Shown piece after piece: positions 30,230 to 39,391 of a stretch of 64,000 nt of DNA (positions are counted from its first letter, which is position 1; the number at the start of each line of letters is the position of its first letter). Source of the stretch: an uncultured bacterium (GTDB taxonomy: Bacteria; Krumholzibacteriota; Krumholzibacteriia; Krumholzibacteriales; Krumholzibacteriaceae); assembly GCA_963786935.1 (NCBI GenBank), contig CAWBAN010000003.1, positions 352,001-416,000 on the forward strand. Direction: 5' to 3'. The position numbers were made by a program, and so were the translations under genes. The notes beneath the pieces were generated by a model that made no database searches, was not told where the DNA came from, and was given only the letters and a program-made list of their open reading frames with translations.

Positions 30230-31255
30230 ATGAGCAAGGGCAGGGTCACGAGCGGCATGAGGCCGACGGGGAGCATCCACCTCGGCAATCTGCACGGCGC
30301 TCTCGACAACTGGGTCAAGCTCCAGCACGACTACGAGTGCTACTTCTTCATCGTCGATTGGCATGCCCTCACGACGCCCGGGGGCGGGGACGCGCTCGGG
30401 TACGAGAACGTCGCTCGCATGCGCCAGAACGTCGTCGAGATGGCGATCGACTGGGTGGCGGCGGGGCTCGATCCGGACAAGTGCTCCATATTCGTCCAGT
30501 CCCACGTTCCCGAGGTCGCCGAGCTGCACCTGGTCTTCTCGATGATCACGCCGCTCGGCTGGCTCGAGCGGAATCCGACCTACAGGGAAATGGTCCTCGG
30601 CTACAAGATCGAGCACCCGAGCTACGGGCTCCTCGGCTATCCGACGCTGCAGGCGGCGGACATCCTCGTGTACAAGGGGAATTTCGTCCCGGTCGGCAAG
30701 GACCAGGAGGCCCACGTCAACATGACCCGCGACCTCGCGCAACGCTTCAACAGCCTCTACGGGCGCGAGGTGTTTCCGATCACGCAGGTGCTCCTCACGC
30801 AGGTTCCGAAGGTCCCCGGGATCGACAGCGTCGACCGGAAGATGAGCAAGAGCGCGGGCAATCATATCGCCCTCGCGTATTCCGAGGAGCAGACGGCGGA
30901 GATCGCGCGGACGATGTTCACCGATCCCGTCAAGATGCGCAAGAACGACAAGGGGCATCCCGACGGCTGCGTCGTCTACGCGTTCCACGGGCTCTATAAC
31001 AAAGCGGAGCAGCCCGTCGTCCGGAACGAGTGCGAGGAGGGCGCGCGCGGCTGCGTCGACTGCAAGAAGCAGCTCGCGGCGAAGATGAACGAGGCCCTTC
31101 GTCCCATCCGGGAGCGGCGCCGCGAGCTGAGCGAGCGTCCCGAGCGTATCAAGGAGATACTGATGAACGGCGCCTCGCGCGCGCGCGCCGTCGCGCACGC
31201 GACGATCGAGGAGGTGCGCGAAGCCCTCAACCTGCCGCCGAAGGAGATATTCTAA
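30230..31255 (+). CDS. trpS: Tryptophan--tRNA ligase (bacterial type)
   Basis: SGMRPTG.IHLGN (HIGH), DWHALT, YPTLQAADIL, VPVGKDQ and KMSKS motifs. Confidence 0.96.
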   Translation: MSKGRVTSGMRPTGSIHLGNLHGALDNWVKLQHDYECYFFIVDWHALTTPGGGDALGYENVARMRQNVVEMAIDWVAAGLDPDKCSIFVQSHVPEVAELHLVFSMITPLGWLERNPTYREMVLGYKIEHPSYGLLGYPTLQAADILVYKGNFVPVGKDQEAHVNMTRDLAQRFNSLYGREVFPITQVLLTQVPKVPGIDSVDRKMSKSAGNHIALAYSEEQTAEIARTMFTDPVKMRKNDKGHPDGCVVYAFHGLYNKAEQPVVRNECEEGARGCVDCKKQLAAKMNEALRPIRERRRELSERPERIKEILMNGASRARAVAHATIEEVREALNLPPKEIF

Positions 31256-32898
31256 TGGCGAACGTGATCGATTATTTCATTCCGCTCTTTCGCAGCCATC
31301 TCGACCTTCCGTTCGAACCGTCCGCGTACTATCGTCCCCGTCCCTATCGCAACGCCGCCGTGCGCTTCCGGGGCTGCTCGATCGACGATTTCGAGGAGCG
31401 CGCGAGGATCCTCGCCGAGGAAGCGGGGCACAACGTGTTTCTCTTCAGGTCGGACAAGATCCCCGGCTGCGATCTCCTCTCCGATTCGGGCACCACGACG
31501 ATGACGATGGAGCAGTGGGCGTCGATGCTCCTCGGCGACGAGGCGTACGGGTCGAACGAGGGCTATTTCGAGCTCAAGGATCAAGTCGGCGCGACCTTCG
31601 GCCCGGCATGGCGGCAGAAATCCGGACGGCGGGTGGGGGATCGCGAGCCGCTCTTCATATTCCATCAGGGGAGGGCGGCCGAGAACGCCCTTTTCAGCGT
31701 CCTCTCGCGCGAGCTCAAGCAGAAGGGGCTGCCCGCGCCGAAGCCGCTTTCGAAGGACATCCTTCCGGAGCTCCGGTCGCGGATCGAGCGCCGGGCGAAG
31801 ACGGTGAAGGGGCACGGGACGGCGGCTCCGCAGCCCTTCTACGTCATCCCGAGCAATTCGCATTTCGATACGACCGAGGGGAACATCGAGGACAAGTTCA
31901 TGGTGCCCCTCAACCTGCCGTGCCGTGAGCACCTCGCCGGCGACGAATCGTTCCCCTTCCGCGGAAACATGGATCTCGATGAGCTCGAGAATCTGCTCGC
32001 GACCGAGCGCGAGCGCGTCCCGCTCGTGTACATCACGGTCACGAACAACACGGGGGGCGGCCAGCCCGTTTCGATGGAGAATATCAAGCGCGTGCGCGAG
32101 ATCACGCGGAAGCACCGCGTGCCGTTCTTCTTCGACGCGTGCCGTTTCGCGGAGAACGCGTGGTTCATCCAGCGGAACGAGAAGGGCTACGCCGCGAAGA
32201 GCATCGAGGAGATCGTGCACGAGATGTTCGCGCACGCGGACGGATTCCACATCAGTTTCAAGAAGGACGGGCTCGGCAACATCGGCGGGGCCCTCTGTCT
32301 CCGGGAGGAGAGCTTCTTCACGGAGCGGTTCCCGGCGTTCGCGAACGAGATCACCGATTACCAGATCATGACCGAGGGGCATCCGACTTACGGGGGGCTC
32401 GCGGGGCGCGACCTCAAGGCGCTCGCCGAAGGGCTGCGCACCGTCACGCGCCGGGAGTACCTCGATTGCCGTATCGGGCAGGTGCGGCGGTTCGGCGACC
32501 GGCTCGCCGCGCTCGGTATTCCGATCGTTCGCCCGATCGGGGGGCACGCGATATACATCGACATCGACCGGTTTTTCGACGGCGCCGCGCGCGACGACGA
32601 GTTCAAGGGGCTCGCCTTCACGTCGCTCCTCCTCATCGCCGGGCATCGCTTCTGCGAGCTCGGTCTCTATGCGTTCGGCGCCTTCGACGGCGAGAAGGAA
32701 TCGCCGCCCGAGCCCCGCGTGAACAACGTGCGGGCGGCCGTTCCGCGTCTCGCGTACGAGGACCAGGACCTCTTCGCGGCGGCCGAGGCGGTGAAGCTCC
32801 TGCACGACCATCGCGACCGTATCCCGGGGGTTCGCGTCGAGTACGGGCGCGACCTCAAGCTCAGGCATTTCAAGAGCCGCTTCTCGTTCCTCGGCTGA
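31255..32898 (+). CDS. tnaA: Tryptophanase-like PLP beta-eliminating lyase (divergent, with an insertion)
   Basis: DLLSDSGT, GDEAY, HQGRAAE, HFDTT, TNNTGGGQPVS, DACRFAEN, SFKKD (PLP Lys), YGGLAGRD and LRHF motifs; TAATG overlap with trpS. Confidence 0.85.
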   Translation: MANVIDYFIPLFRSHLDLPFEPSAYYRPRPYRNAAVRFRGCSIDDFEERARILAEEAGHNVFLFRSDKIPGCDLLSDSGTTTMTMEQWASMLLGDEAYGSNEGYFELKDQVGATFGPAWRQKSGRRVGDREPLFIFHQGRAAENALFSVLSRELKQKGLPAPKPLSKDILPELRSRIERRAKTVKGHGTAAPQPFYVIPSNSHFDTTEGNIEDKFMVPLNLPCREHLAGDESFPFRGNMDLDELENLLATERERVPLVYITVTNNTGGGQPVSMENIKRVREITRKHRVPFFFDACRFAENAWFIQRNEKGYAAKSIEEIVHEMFAHADGFHISFKKDGLGNIGGALCLREESFFTERFPAFANEITDYQIMTEGHPTYGGLAGRDLKALAEGLRTVTRREYLDCRIGQVRRFGDRLAALGIPIVRPIGGHAIYIDIDRFFDGAARDDEFKGLAFTSLLLIAGHRFCELGLYAFGAFDGEKESPPEPRVNNVRAAVPRLAYEDQDLFAAAEAVKLLHDHRDRIPGVRVEYGRDLKLRHFKSRFSFLG

Positions 32899-33074
32899 GG
32901 AGCGTTCGTCCGTCCCGGTTCCGGCGGCGATCCGCGTTCCGCGCGGTTTCAGCGCGAATTCCGTGAAACTGGAATGTTTCCTGCAGGTTATCGGCACGTT
33001 CGAGCCGCGGCCGCGCGTGAGAAGCGGGCCGGGCGCTATCGCACGGCCGAAATGACGAACCTCCGGGAGCAGCC

Positions 33075-34751
33075 GTGAAGAATTCGACCGAAGAAACCGC
33101 GATTCCGATCGTCGAATGCGACAGCTGCCGCGATCGGACCGACGAGATGCGGCAGCTCGCCGCGGTCATGGAGATCGCGAACGCCATCAATTCGCGGACC
33201 GATCTCAACGAGATTCTCTCCGCGATTTCGAAAGAGCTGTCGAAGGTCATCGAATACGACCTCGGCTGCGTCGCCATCTACGAAAAGGAGCGGAACGGCC
33301 TCTTCATGAGGCACGTCTGGCGCACGTCAGGGGAGCGCACGGGGGAAGGGCGCTACGTGCCGCTCGACGAGAGCAACCTCGTCGGATGGGTCGCGATCCA
33401 CCGGAAGCCGGTCCTGCGCGGGAACATTCCCGACGACCCCCGGTTCCGGGAGGTCATGAAGGAAGATTCCCTCAAGTCCGATATCGTCGCCCCGCTGATC
33501 GCGAACGGGGAGCTCGTCGGCACGGTGAACCTGGGGAGCCACGCGAGCGGTCATTTCACCGATTTCGACCTCGACCTCCTCGTGCGGTTCAGCAAGCTCA
33601 CGGCGATCGCGATCGAGAAATCCAAGGCGCTCGACGAGCTCGGGGAGCTCAGCGAGCGGTACCGCCTCCTCATGCTGAACGCGAACGAGATCATCATGAT
33701 CGCCAATACCGCCGCCGAAATCATCGAGGGCAACAGGGCTCTGTACGACATTTCCGGCTACACTCCCGAGGAAATGATCGGCCGCGAGATGTTCGCCTTC
33801 ATGCTTCCCGATCGGCGCGAAGACGCGAAAAAGATATACTGCGGCATTCTCAAGGGGGATGTCGCGCACATACCCGAGCTTCCGTTCGTCAAGAAGAACG
33901 GCCAGGTCGTCGATCTCGAAATGAGCGTCGCCACGATCCGGATTAAGGATCATCCGTACGTGCTCGCCATCGCGCACGACATCACCGAGCGCAAGGCGCT
34001 CCAGGAGCGCATCACGCAGCAGAACGCCGAGCTCAAGGCGATCAACGGCAAGCTGCAGGAGCTCGACAATCTCAAAAACGAGTTCCTCGGGCGCGTCAGC
34101 CACGAGCTCCGCACGCCGCTGTCGATCATTATGGCGTACACGAACACGCTCCTCGAGGACCCCGAACAGGCGATCGATCCGGAGACGAGGGCCGATTTTC
34201 TCCGCGTTATCGAGGGGCATTCGAACAAGCTGCTCGGGCTCATCAACGACCTGCTCGATCTCTCCCGCGTCGAGGTATCGGACGCCATGCTCCACCAGAG
34301 CGAGGGGAGCCTCAACGAGATCGTCACGATCTCGGCGAAGATCGCCGAGGCGCTCGCGGTGCAGAGCCGCGTGACGCTCGTGACGGATCTGGACGAAACG
34401 ATTCCCATCGTCACGTTCGATCCGCTCCGGATCAGGCAGGCCTGCGTGCATCTGCTCACGAACGCGATCAAGTTCAGCGGCACGGGGGACGCGGTCACGA
34501 TCGCTTCGCGGAACGAAGAGCACGAGGTCGTCGTGTCGGTGCGGGACCACGGCCCCGGCATCGAGGCCGAGGATATCCCCGAAGTGTTCGAGAAATTCAA
34601 TCAGCTCGACGGCGGTTCCTCGCGGGAGCGCGAGGGTCTCGGCATCGGCCTCAAGCTCGTGAAGCATTACGTGGAGCTCCACGGCGGCAGGGTGTGGATC
34701 GAGAGCGAAAAGGGAGCCGGATCGACGTTCTCGTTCTCGCTCCCGAAGTAG
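33075..34751 (+). CDS. Cytoplasmic GAF-PAS sensor histidine kinase (HisKA)
   Basis: GAF and PAS regions; SHELRTPL, NAIKF, DHGPGI and GLGIGL motifs. Confidence 0.92.
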   Translation: MKNSTEETAIPIVECDSCRDRTDEMRQLAAVMEIANAINSRTDLNEILSAISKELSKVIEYDLGCVAIYEKERNGLFMRHVWRTSGERTGEGRYVPLDESNLVGWVAIHRKPVLRGNIPDDPRFREVMKEDSLKSDIVAPLIANGELVGTVNLGSHASGHFTDFDLDLLVRFSKLTAIAIEKSKALDELGELSERYRLLMLNANEIIMIANTAAEIIEGNRALYDISGYTPEEMIGREMFAFMLPDRREDAKKIYCGILKGDVAHIPELPFVKKNGQVVDLEMSVATIRIKDHPYVLAIAHDITERKALQERITQQNAELKAINGKLQELDNLKNEFLGRVSHELRTPLSIIMAYTNTLLEDPEQAIDPETRADFLRVIEGHSNKLLGLINDLLDLSRVEVSDAMLHQSEGSLNEIVTISAKIAEALAVQSRVTLVTDLDETIPIVTFDPLRIRQACVHLLTNAIKFSGTGDAVTIASRNEEHEVVVSVRDHGPGIEAEDIPEVFEKFNQLDGGSSREREGLGIGLKLVKHYVELHGGRVWIESEKGAGSTFSFSLPK

Positions 34752-34818
34752 CGGTTTCCCCCGAGCGTTTTTCCCGACGCGCCTTCCCCGAATCGTCCCC
34801 CCCGACAGCGGGCCATTC

Positions 34819-35802
34819 TCAGGAAACGACGAGCACGCCGTTCTCGATGCCCACCGTGCGCGTGATCGACGTGACGGCGAGTCCGCCGATCTTCATCTCG
34901 CTCGTCGGGTCCGCGGAATCGGCGGTTTCGACGAGTATCCGCGCGAGGGCGTCGATCTCCTTGCCCTGCTCGATGATCATGCTGCCCGCCGTGACGACGC
35001 CGTGCCGCAGGAGGTAGGAGATGAGCCCCGCCGCCGCCGTTCCCGACGCGGGATCCTCCCACATGCCGAGGGCAGGCGCGAAGTGGCGCATGTACGCGAC
35101 GCAATCGGGCGAATACGTGTCGACGGCGAAGACGTGGTTCGTGTCGATGCCGAGCGCGCGGTTCATGAGGCCGAGCTTGATGAGATCGGGATTCATGTCG
35201 TGGATCGTTTCCTTGCGAGCGACGGGGATCATGAGCTGCTCGAAGCCCGTCGAGATGATCTCGAGCGGGAGCCCCGTCCGCCGGATGTCGGCCGGGTCGA
35301 GCCCGAGAATCTTCGCGACGTCCTGAACGGGAACGTTCGAAGGCCGGTGCCGCCGCACGGTCTGATGGAGCATGATCTTCTCGAGCACGCCGGAGTCCGC
35401 GCCTTTGATCGCGAGAACGGCGCCGCCCGCTCCCGCGTCCGCCGCCCCGCGCCTGAAGTGGATGTCGAGTTGGATGAGACCGGCCCTCGTTTCGAAGACG
35501 GCCTTCGTCACGCCGTCATCGAGCGGAACCCTCCCGTCCTCGATGAGGGCGTAGCAGGACGCGATGATCGCGTGTCCGCTCAGATCTATTTCCTCGATCG
35601 GCGTGAAGAAGCGGATCCGGTAGAGCGCCTCGTCGGTCGAGGGGAGTGTGACGAACGTCGTCTCCGAGAGATTCAGCTCGGCGGCGATCGCGAGCATCTG
35701 ATCGCTCGAGAGCGAATCGGCCTCGGTCACGACGCCGGCCGGATTGCCGCTGAACGGATTCGTCGTGAACACGTCAACGTGCTTCATCACGATGTTCTGC
35801 AT
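34819..35802 (-). CDS. PhzF/DAP-epimerase family isomerase
   Basis: VDVFT..PFSGNPAGV, LSETTF, RFFTP..EIDLSGHA, EDPASG and EQG motifs. Confidence 0.9.
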   Translation of the reverse strand: MQNIVMKHVDVFTTNPFSGNPAGVVTEADSLSSDQMLAIAAELNLSETTFVTLPSTDEALYRIRFFTPIEEIDLSGHAIIASCYALIEDGRVPLDDGVTKAVFETRAGLIQLDIHFRRGAADAGAGGAVLAIKGADSGVLEKIMLHQTVRRHRPSNVPVQDVAKILGLDPADIRRTGLPLEIISTGFEQLMIPVARKETIHDMNPDLIKLGLMNRALGIDTNHVFAVDTYSPDCVAYMRHFAPALGMWEDPASGTAAAGLISYLLRHGVVTAGSMIIEQGKEIDALARILVETADSADPTSEMKIGGLAVTSITRTVGIENGVLVVS

Positions 35803-36003
35803 GGCGTTTTCCTTCCTTCGATTCCGTTGCAAAAAGCGAGCGGGGCGGTGCAAAGTCCGCGCTTCTTGCGCATTGTCCTTCCCCGTTTCTCCGTGCAACC
35901 CGATGTTCTTCGATTTGTGTAACTCATTGTATTATATAATCTTGAATGCACTCAGGGCGTGGTCGCCGTCTTCCGGCTTCCCAACCGGGTCCGCGTCCCT
36001 ATG

Positions 36004-36019
36004 TGGTATAGCAATTGCA
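36004..36019 (+). promoter_or_regulatory. Putative sigma54 (-24/-12) promoter of the chemosensory operon
   Basis: TGGTATAGCAATTGCA has GG and GC at the exact consensus spacing (TGG-N8-TTGC); an AT-rich IHF-like tract lies at about 35915-35945. Confidence 0.6.
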
Positions 36020-36153
36020 AATCCGATTCCCCGAAGCCGGTTGCGGCCGCCGGGGGCGACGCCGGCGAAACCGATTCATATATACCGCTTCGCGACGGGG
36101 AAGTCCCGTCCGCGGGGCGCGTTCACCCGTTATCGTCGCGCTCGGGAGTAACG

Positions 36154-36984
36154 ATGGCGCTGATTCAGATGAGCATGGGCGAGCTCCTCGCCAACCTGCA
36201 GACGAAGTTCGGGAAGGATCTCTCGAACTATCGCCTCTCGTGCATCCAGCGAAGGCTTTCGCTCAGAATGACGCTCCTCAAGATCGCCTCCCTCGACGAA
36301 TACATGGAATACCTCTGCGCCCATCCCGGCGAAATCGAACAGCTCCTCGACACGGTCACGATTCACGTCACCGAGTTTTTCCGGGATCCCGAGGTCTTCG
36401 ACGCGATCGCGAAGACCGTCCTTCCGGAGATCGTTTCGCGCAAGCTGCGTTCGCCGTCGCGGACGATCCGCGTATGGAGCGCGGGCTGCTCGACCGGCGA
36501 AGAGACGTACAGCCTCGCCATGCTCATGATGCGGCAGCTTCGTCTCGGCGGCGCCGACCTCGCGCTCGAGGTATACGGAACGGACGTGTCGAACGACGCC
36601 GTGGCGACCGCGATCGAAGGGGTCTACGACGCCCGCAAGATCGAGGGCGTGCCCGAGGATATCAGACGCAAGTGCCTCCGGGCGCAGGGGACGGGGTATC
36701 GCGTCGCCTCCGAGGTGCGGCGGTGCGTGGGATTCTCCGTTCACGATCTCTTCTCCCCGGCCCCCTATTCCCTGCTCGATCTCGTCGTGTGCCGGAACGT
36801 TCTCATTCATTTCGATCAGCGGGCGCGCGACGGCGTTCTCAAGGAATTTCACGCGGCTCTCGGAAATTCCGGGCTGCTCGTTCTCGGCAGGAGCGAGGCC
36901 GTCGCGGGGGCGGCCCTCGATTGGTATGAGCTCGTCGATCCCCGGAACAAGGTGTACCGGAAGATCGTCCTCCGCAACTCCTGA
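36154..36984 (+). CDS. cheR: Chemotaxis methyltransferase CheR
   Basis: TIHVTEFFRD, WSAGCSTGEE.YS, DLVVCRNVLI and LGRSE motifs. Confidence 0.95.
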   Translation: MALIQMSMGELLANLQTKFGKDLSNYRLSCIQRRLSLRMTLLKIASLDEYMEYLCAHPGEIEQLLDTVTIHVTEFFRDPEVFDAIAKTVLPEIVSRKLRSPSRTIRVWSAGCSTGEETYSLAMLMMRQLRLGGADLALEVYGTDVSNDAVATAIEGVYDARKIEGVPEDIRRKCLRAQGTGYRVASEVRRCVGFSVHDLFSPAPYSLLDLVVCRNVLIHFDQRARDGVLKEFHAALGNSGLLVLGRSEAVAGAALDWYELVDPRNKVYRKIVLRNS

Positions 36985-36996
36985 AGGAGGGAGACA

Positions 36997-38388
36997 ATGA
37001 AATTCAGTCTTCACGGAAACAGCATCAGCATGAAGCTGATCAGCTCGATGGCGCTCGTTATTCTCGGCGTCTTTCTCATGAACTATCTGGCGTTCATGTA
37101 TTTCTCGGGGAACGCCTTCGAGAAGATGGCGTCGGTATCGGCGGGAACGCAGCTCGCCGCGGGGCAGACGCAGCGGGATCAGGCGCTCGGCTATCTCCGT
37201 GTCCGCTCCCTGTCGATCGTCGCCCTCACGCTGTTCGCCGGGTTCGCCGCGTTCAGCGCGGTCGCGTTCATGGTCCTGAAGCGGCCCATGGCCCAGCTCC
37301 TCGCGGCGAGCCGGGCGCTCGCCAACAACGCGGGCGATCTCACGACCACCGTCGACATCAAGTCCGACGACGAGCTCGGGAGGCTCGGCTTCGCGCTGAA
37401 CGAGCTCTTCGCGAACATATCCGGGATCATCCAGATGATCAGGACGACCGCCGACAAGGTGAATTTCTCCGCACAGAACCTCTCGGCGGCCACCGAGCAG
37501 ATGAACTCCATCACCGAGGAGACGTCGACAACGGTGCAGAACATCGCGAAATCGACCGACGTGCAGGCGCGCAAGGTCGACGAGATGATCAAGGAAATCC
37601 GCAACATGGAGCGTTCGGTGAAGCAGGTGGCCAACAGCGCCGAGCTCGCGGCGTCCGCCGCGACGAACGCGTCCGACACCGCCGCGCGGGGAGGAGACTC
37701 GGCCAAGGAAGCGGTCGAGAAGATCAACAAGATCTACAACGTCATCCAGGAATCGGCCGAGATCATCAGACACCTCGGCAAATGGTCCGAACAGATCGGG
37801 GAGATCGTCGACGTCATCACCGATATCGCCGATCAGACGAATCTGCTCGCCCTGAACGCCGCCATCGAGGCCGCGCGGGCGGGCGAGGCGGGGAGCGGGT
37901 TCGCGGTGGTCGCCGACGAGGTGCGCAAGCTCGCCGAGGGGAGCGCGCGCGCCGCCGAGGAGATCGCGACGCTCATCAGACAGACGCAGGAAGAGACGCG
38001 CACGGCCGTGAAGAGCATCGAGCTCGGCGCGAAAGAGGTCACGGAAGGCAAGGAAGTCATCACGAGGACGGGGCAGTCCCTCGACGAGATCGTCGACGTC
38101 CTCCGCAGCTCGTCCGACATGGCCCGCCGGATCTCCGCGGCGACGAAGGAGCTCTCCCGCGGCATGAAGAACGTCACGGGCTCGATCGACGAGATCTCCT
38201 CGACCGCCGAGAAGAACGCCTCGGCGACGCAGGAGACGGCCGCATCGATGCAGCAGATGACCTCGAGCATGGAGGACGTCGCGTCCTCGGCCCAGAAGCT
38301 GAGCGAGATGGCGATCCAGCTCCGCCAGCACGTGGGCAAATTCAACGTGGGCTCGTCCGCGAAGGTCGAGGAAACGGTGAGCGCCTGA
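36997..38388 (+). CDS. Methyl-accepting chemotaxis protein (2 TM, very short periplasmic loop, HAMP)
   Basis: GDL...[46 protein letters not shown] hairpin; AAGGAGG RBS. Confidence 0.95.
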   Translation: MKFSLHGNSISMKLISSMALVILGVFLMNYLAFMYFSGNAFEKMASVSAGTQLAAGQTQRDQALGYLRVRSLSIVALTLFAGFAAFSAVAFMVLKRPMAQLLAASRALANNAGDLTTTVDIKSDDELGRLGFALNELFANISGIIQMIRTTADKVNFSAQNLSAATEQMNSITEETSTTVQNIAKSTDVQARKVDEMIKEIRNMERSVKQVANSAELAASAATNASDTAARGGDSAKEAVEKINKIYNVIQESAEIIRHLGKWSEQIGEIVDVITDIADQTNLLALNAAIEAARAGEAGSGFAVVADEVRKLAEGSARAAEEIATLIRQTQEETRTAVKSIELGAKEVTEGKEVITRTGQSLDEIVDVLRSSSDMARRISAATKELSRGMKNVTGSIDEISSTAEKNASATQETAASMQQMTSSMEDVASSAQKLSEMAIQLRQHVGKFNVGSSAKVEETVSA

Positions 38389-38406
38389 GCAAAGGAATGA
38401 TGAGCG

Positions 38407-38895
38407 ATGAAATACGAAAGAGCGTATGACCGGACCCACAAGGGAATGCAGCTCGTCACGTTCCGGCTCGGCGCCGAGTACTACGGCATTCACGTGGCGA
38501 AGGTGCGCGAGATTCTGCGGCCGCTCGAGCTCTTCCCCGTGCCGGGCATGGGGAAGCACATCGAGGGGGTCATCAACCTTCGGGGGGAGATCATCCCGAT
38601 CGCGAAGCTGCACCTGCTGCTCGGCATCGAAGCCGGCGCCGGCGAGCACAAGGGGAGGATGATCATCCTCGAAACGTCGCGGGGGAGCTTCGGCTTCTTC
38701 GTCGACGAGGTGCTCGAAGTGACGAGGATTCAAACGGAAGAGATGCAGGCGTCGCCCGAGCTCGCCAAGCGCGAGGGACGGCGGGACGTGGTGACGGGCA
38801 TCGCGAGAGTCTCCGGCCGCATGGTCGTTTGCCTGAACTCCGATACACTCATCTCCGACGACATGATGGCAAAGGAGCTCGCGATTGGCGGTTAG
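38407..38895 (+). CDS. cheW: CheW adaptor
   Basis: QLVTFRLGAEYYGI...VREI and GVINLRGEIIP motifs. Confidence 0.93.
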   Translation: MKYERAYDRTHKGMQLVTFRLGAEYYGIHVAKVREILRPLELFPVPGMGKHIEGVINLRGEIIPIAKLHLLLGIEAGAGEHKGRMIILETSRGSFGFFVDEVLEVTRIQTEEMQASPELAKREGRRDVVTGIARVSGRMVVCLNSDTLISDDMMAKELAIGG

Positions 38896-39391
38896 CAAGG
38901 GAATCGAACGCGCGATCTGCGTGGACGTGGCCCAGTTTCGGATCGGACAGGCGCCGGCGCGGATCATGACGATGGCGCTCGGATCCTGTCTCGGCATCGT
39001 GCTCTACGATCCCGAGACGAAGACCGGCGCGCTCGCCCATGCGATGCATCCGCGGCGGGAACGGGTGAAGAACAACATGAACCGTTCGAAGTTCGTCGAC
39101 TCCGTGATTCCGCTGCTCCTCGAACGGATGCTCCAGTGGGGGGCGCGGCGGGAGACGATCGTCGCGAAGATTTTCGGGGGGGCCCGCATGTTCGACGGAT
39201 TCACGGGATGCCGCGGCATACTCCAGATCGGGGACGAGAACATCGTCGCGGCGCGCGAGGTGCTCCATGAGTTCGGGATCCCGATCGTGGCCGAATGCGT
39301 CGGGGGACAGGCCGGGCGGACGATTTGTCTCGATTCGACGGATGGGAGCGTTCTCGTGCGGGGGCTGAACGACTCCGAGGAGATCTATTGA
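38885..39391 (+). CDS. cheD: Chemoreceptor glutamine deamidase CheD
   Basis: LGSCLGIVLYD, ALAH, AKIFGGA.MF, IG.EN and VGG..GRT motifs. Confidence 0.92.
   Translation: MAVSKGIERAICVDVAQFRIGQAPARIMTMALGSCLGIVLYDPETKTGALAHAMHPRRERVKNNMNRSKFVDSVIPLLLERMLQWGARRETIVAKIFGGARMFDGFTGCRGILQIGDENIVAAREVLHEFGIPIVAECVGGQAGRTICLDSTDGSVLVRGLNDSEEIY

Noticed and set aside
36030..36150. Possible c-di-GMP riboswitch in the cheR leader
   Set aside because: The GGCAAAC...GAAA...GACGCAAAG core is not matched; only generic hairpins are present.
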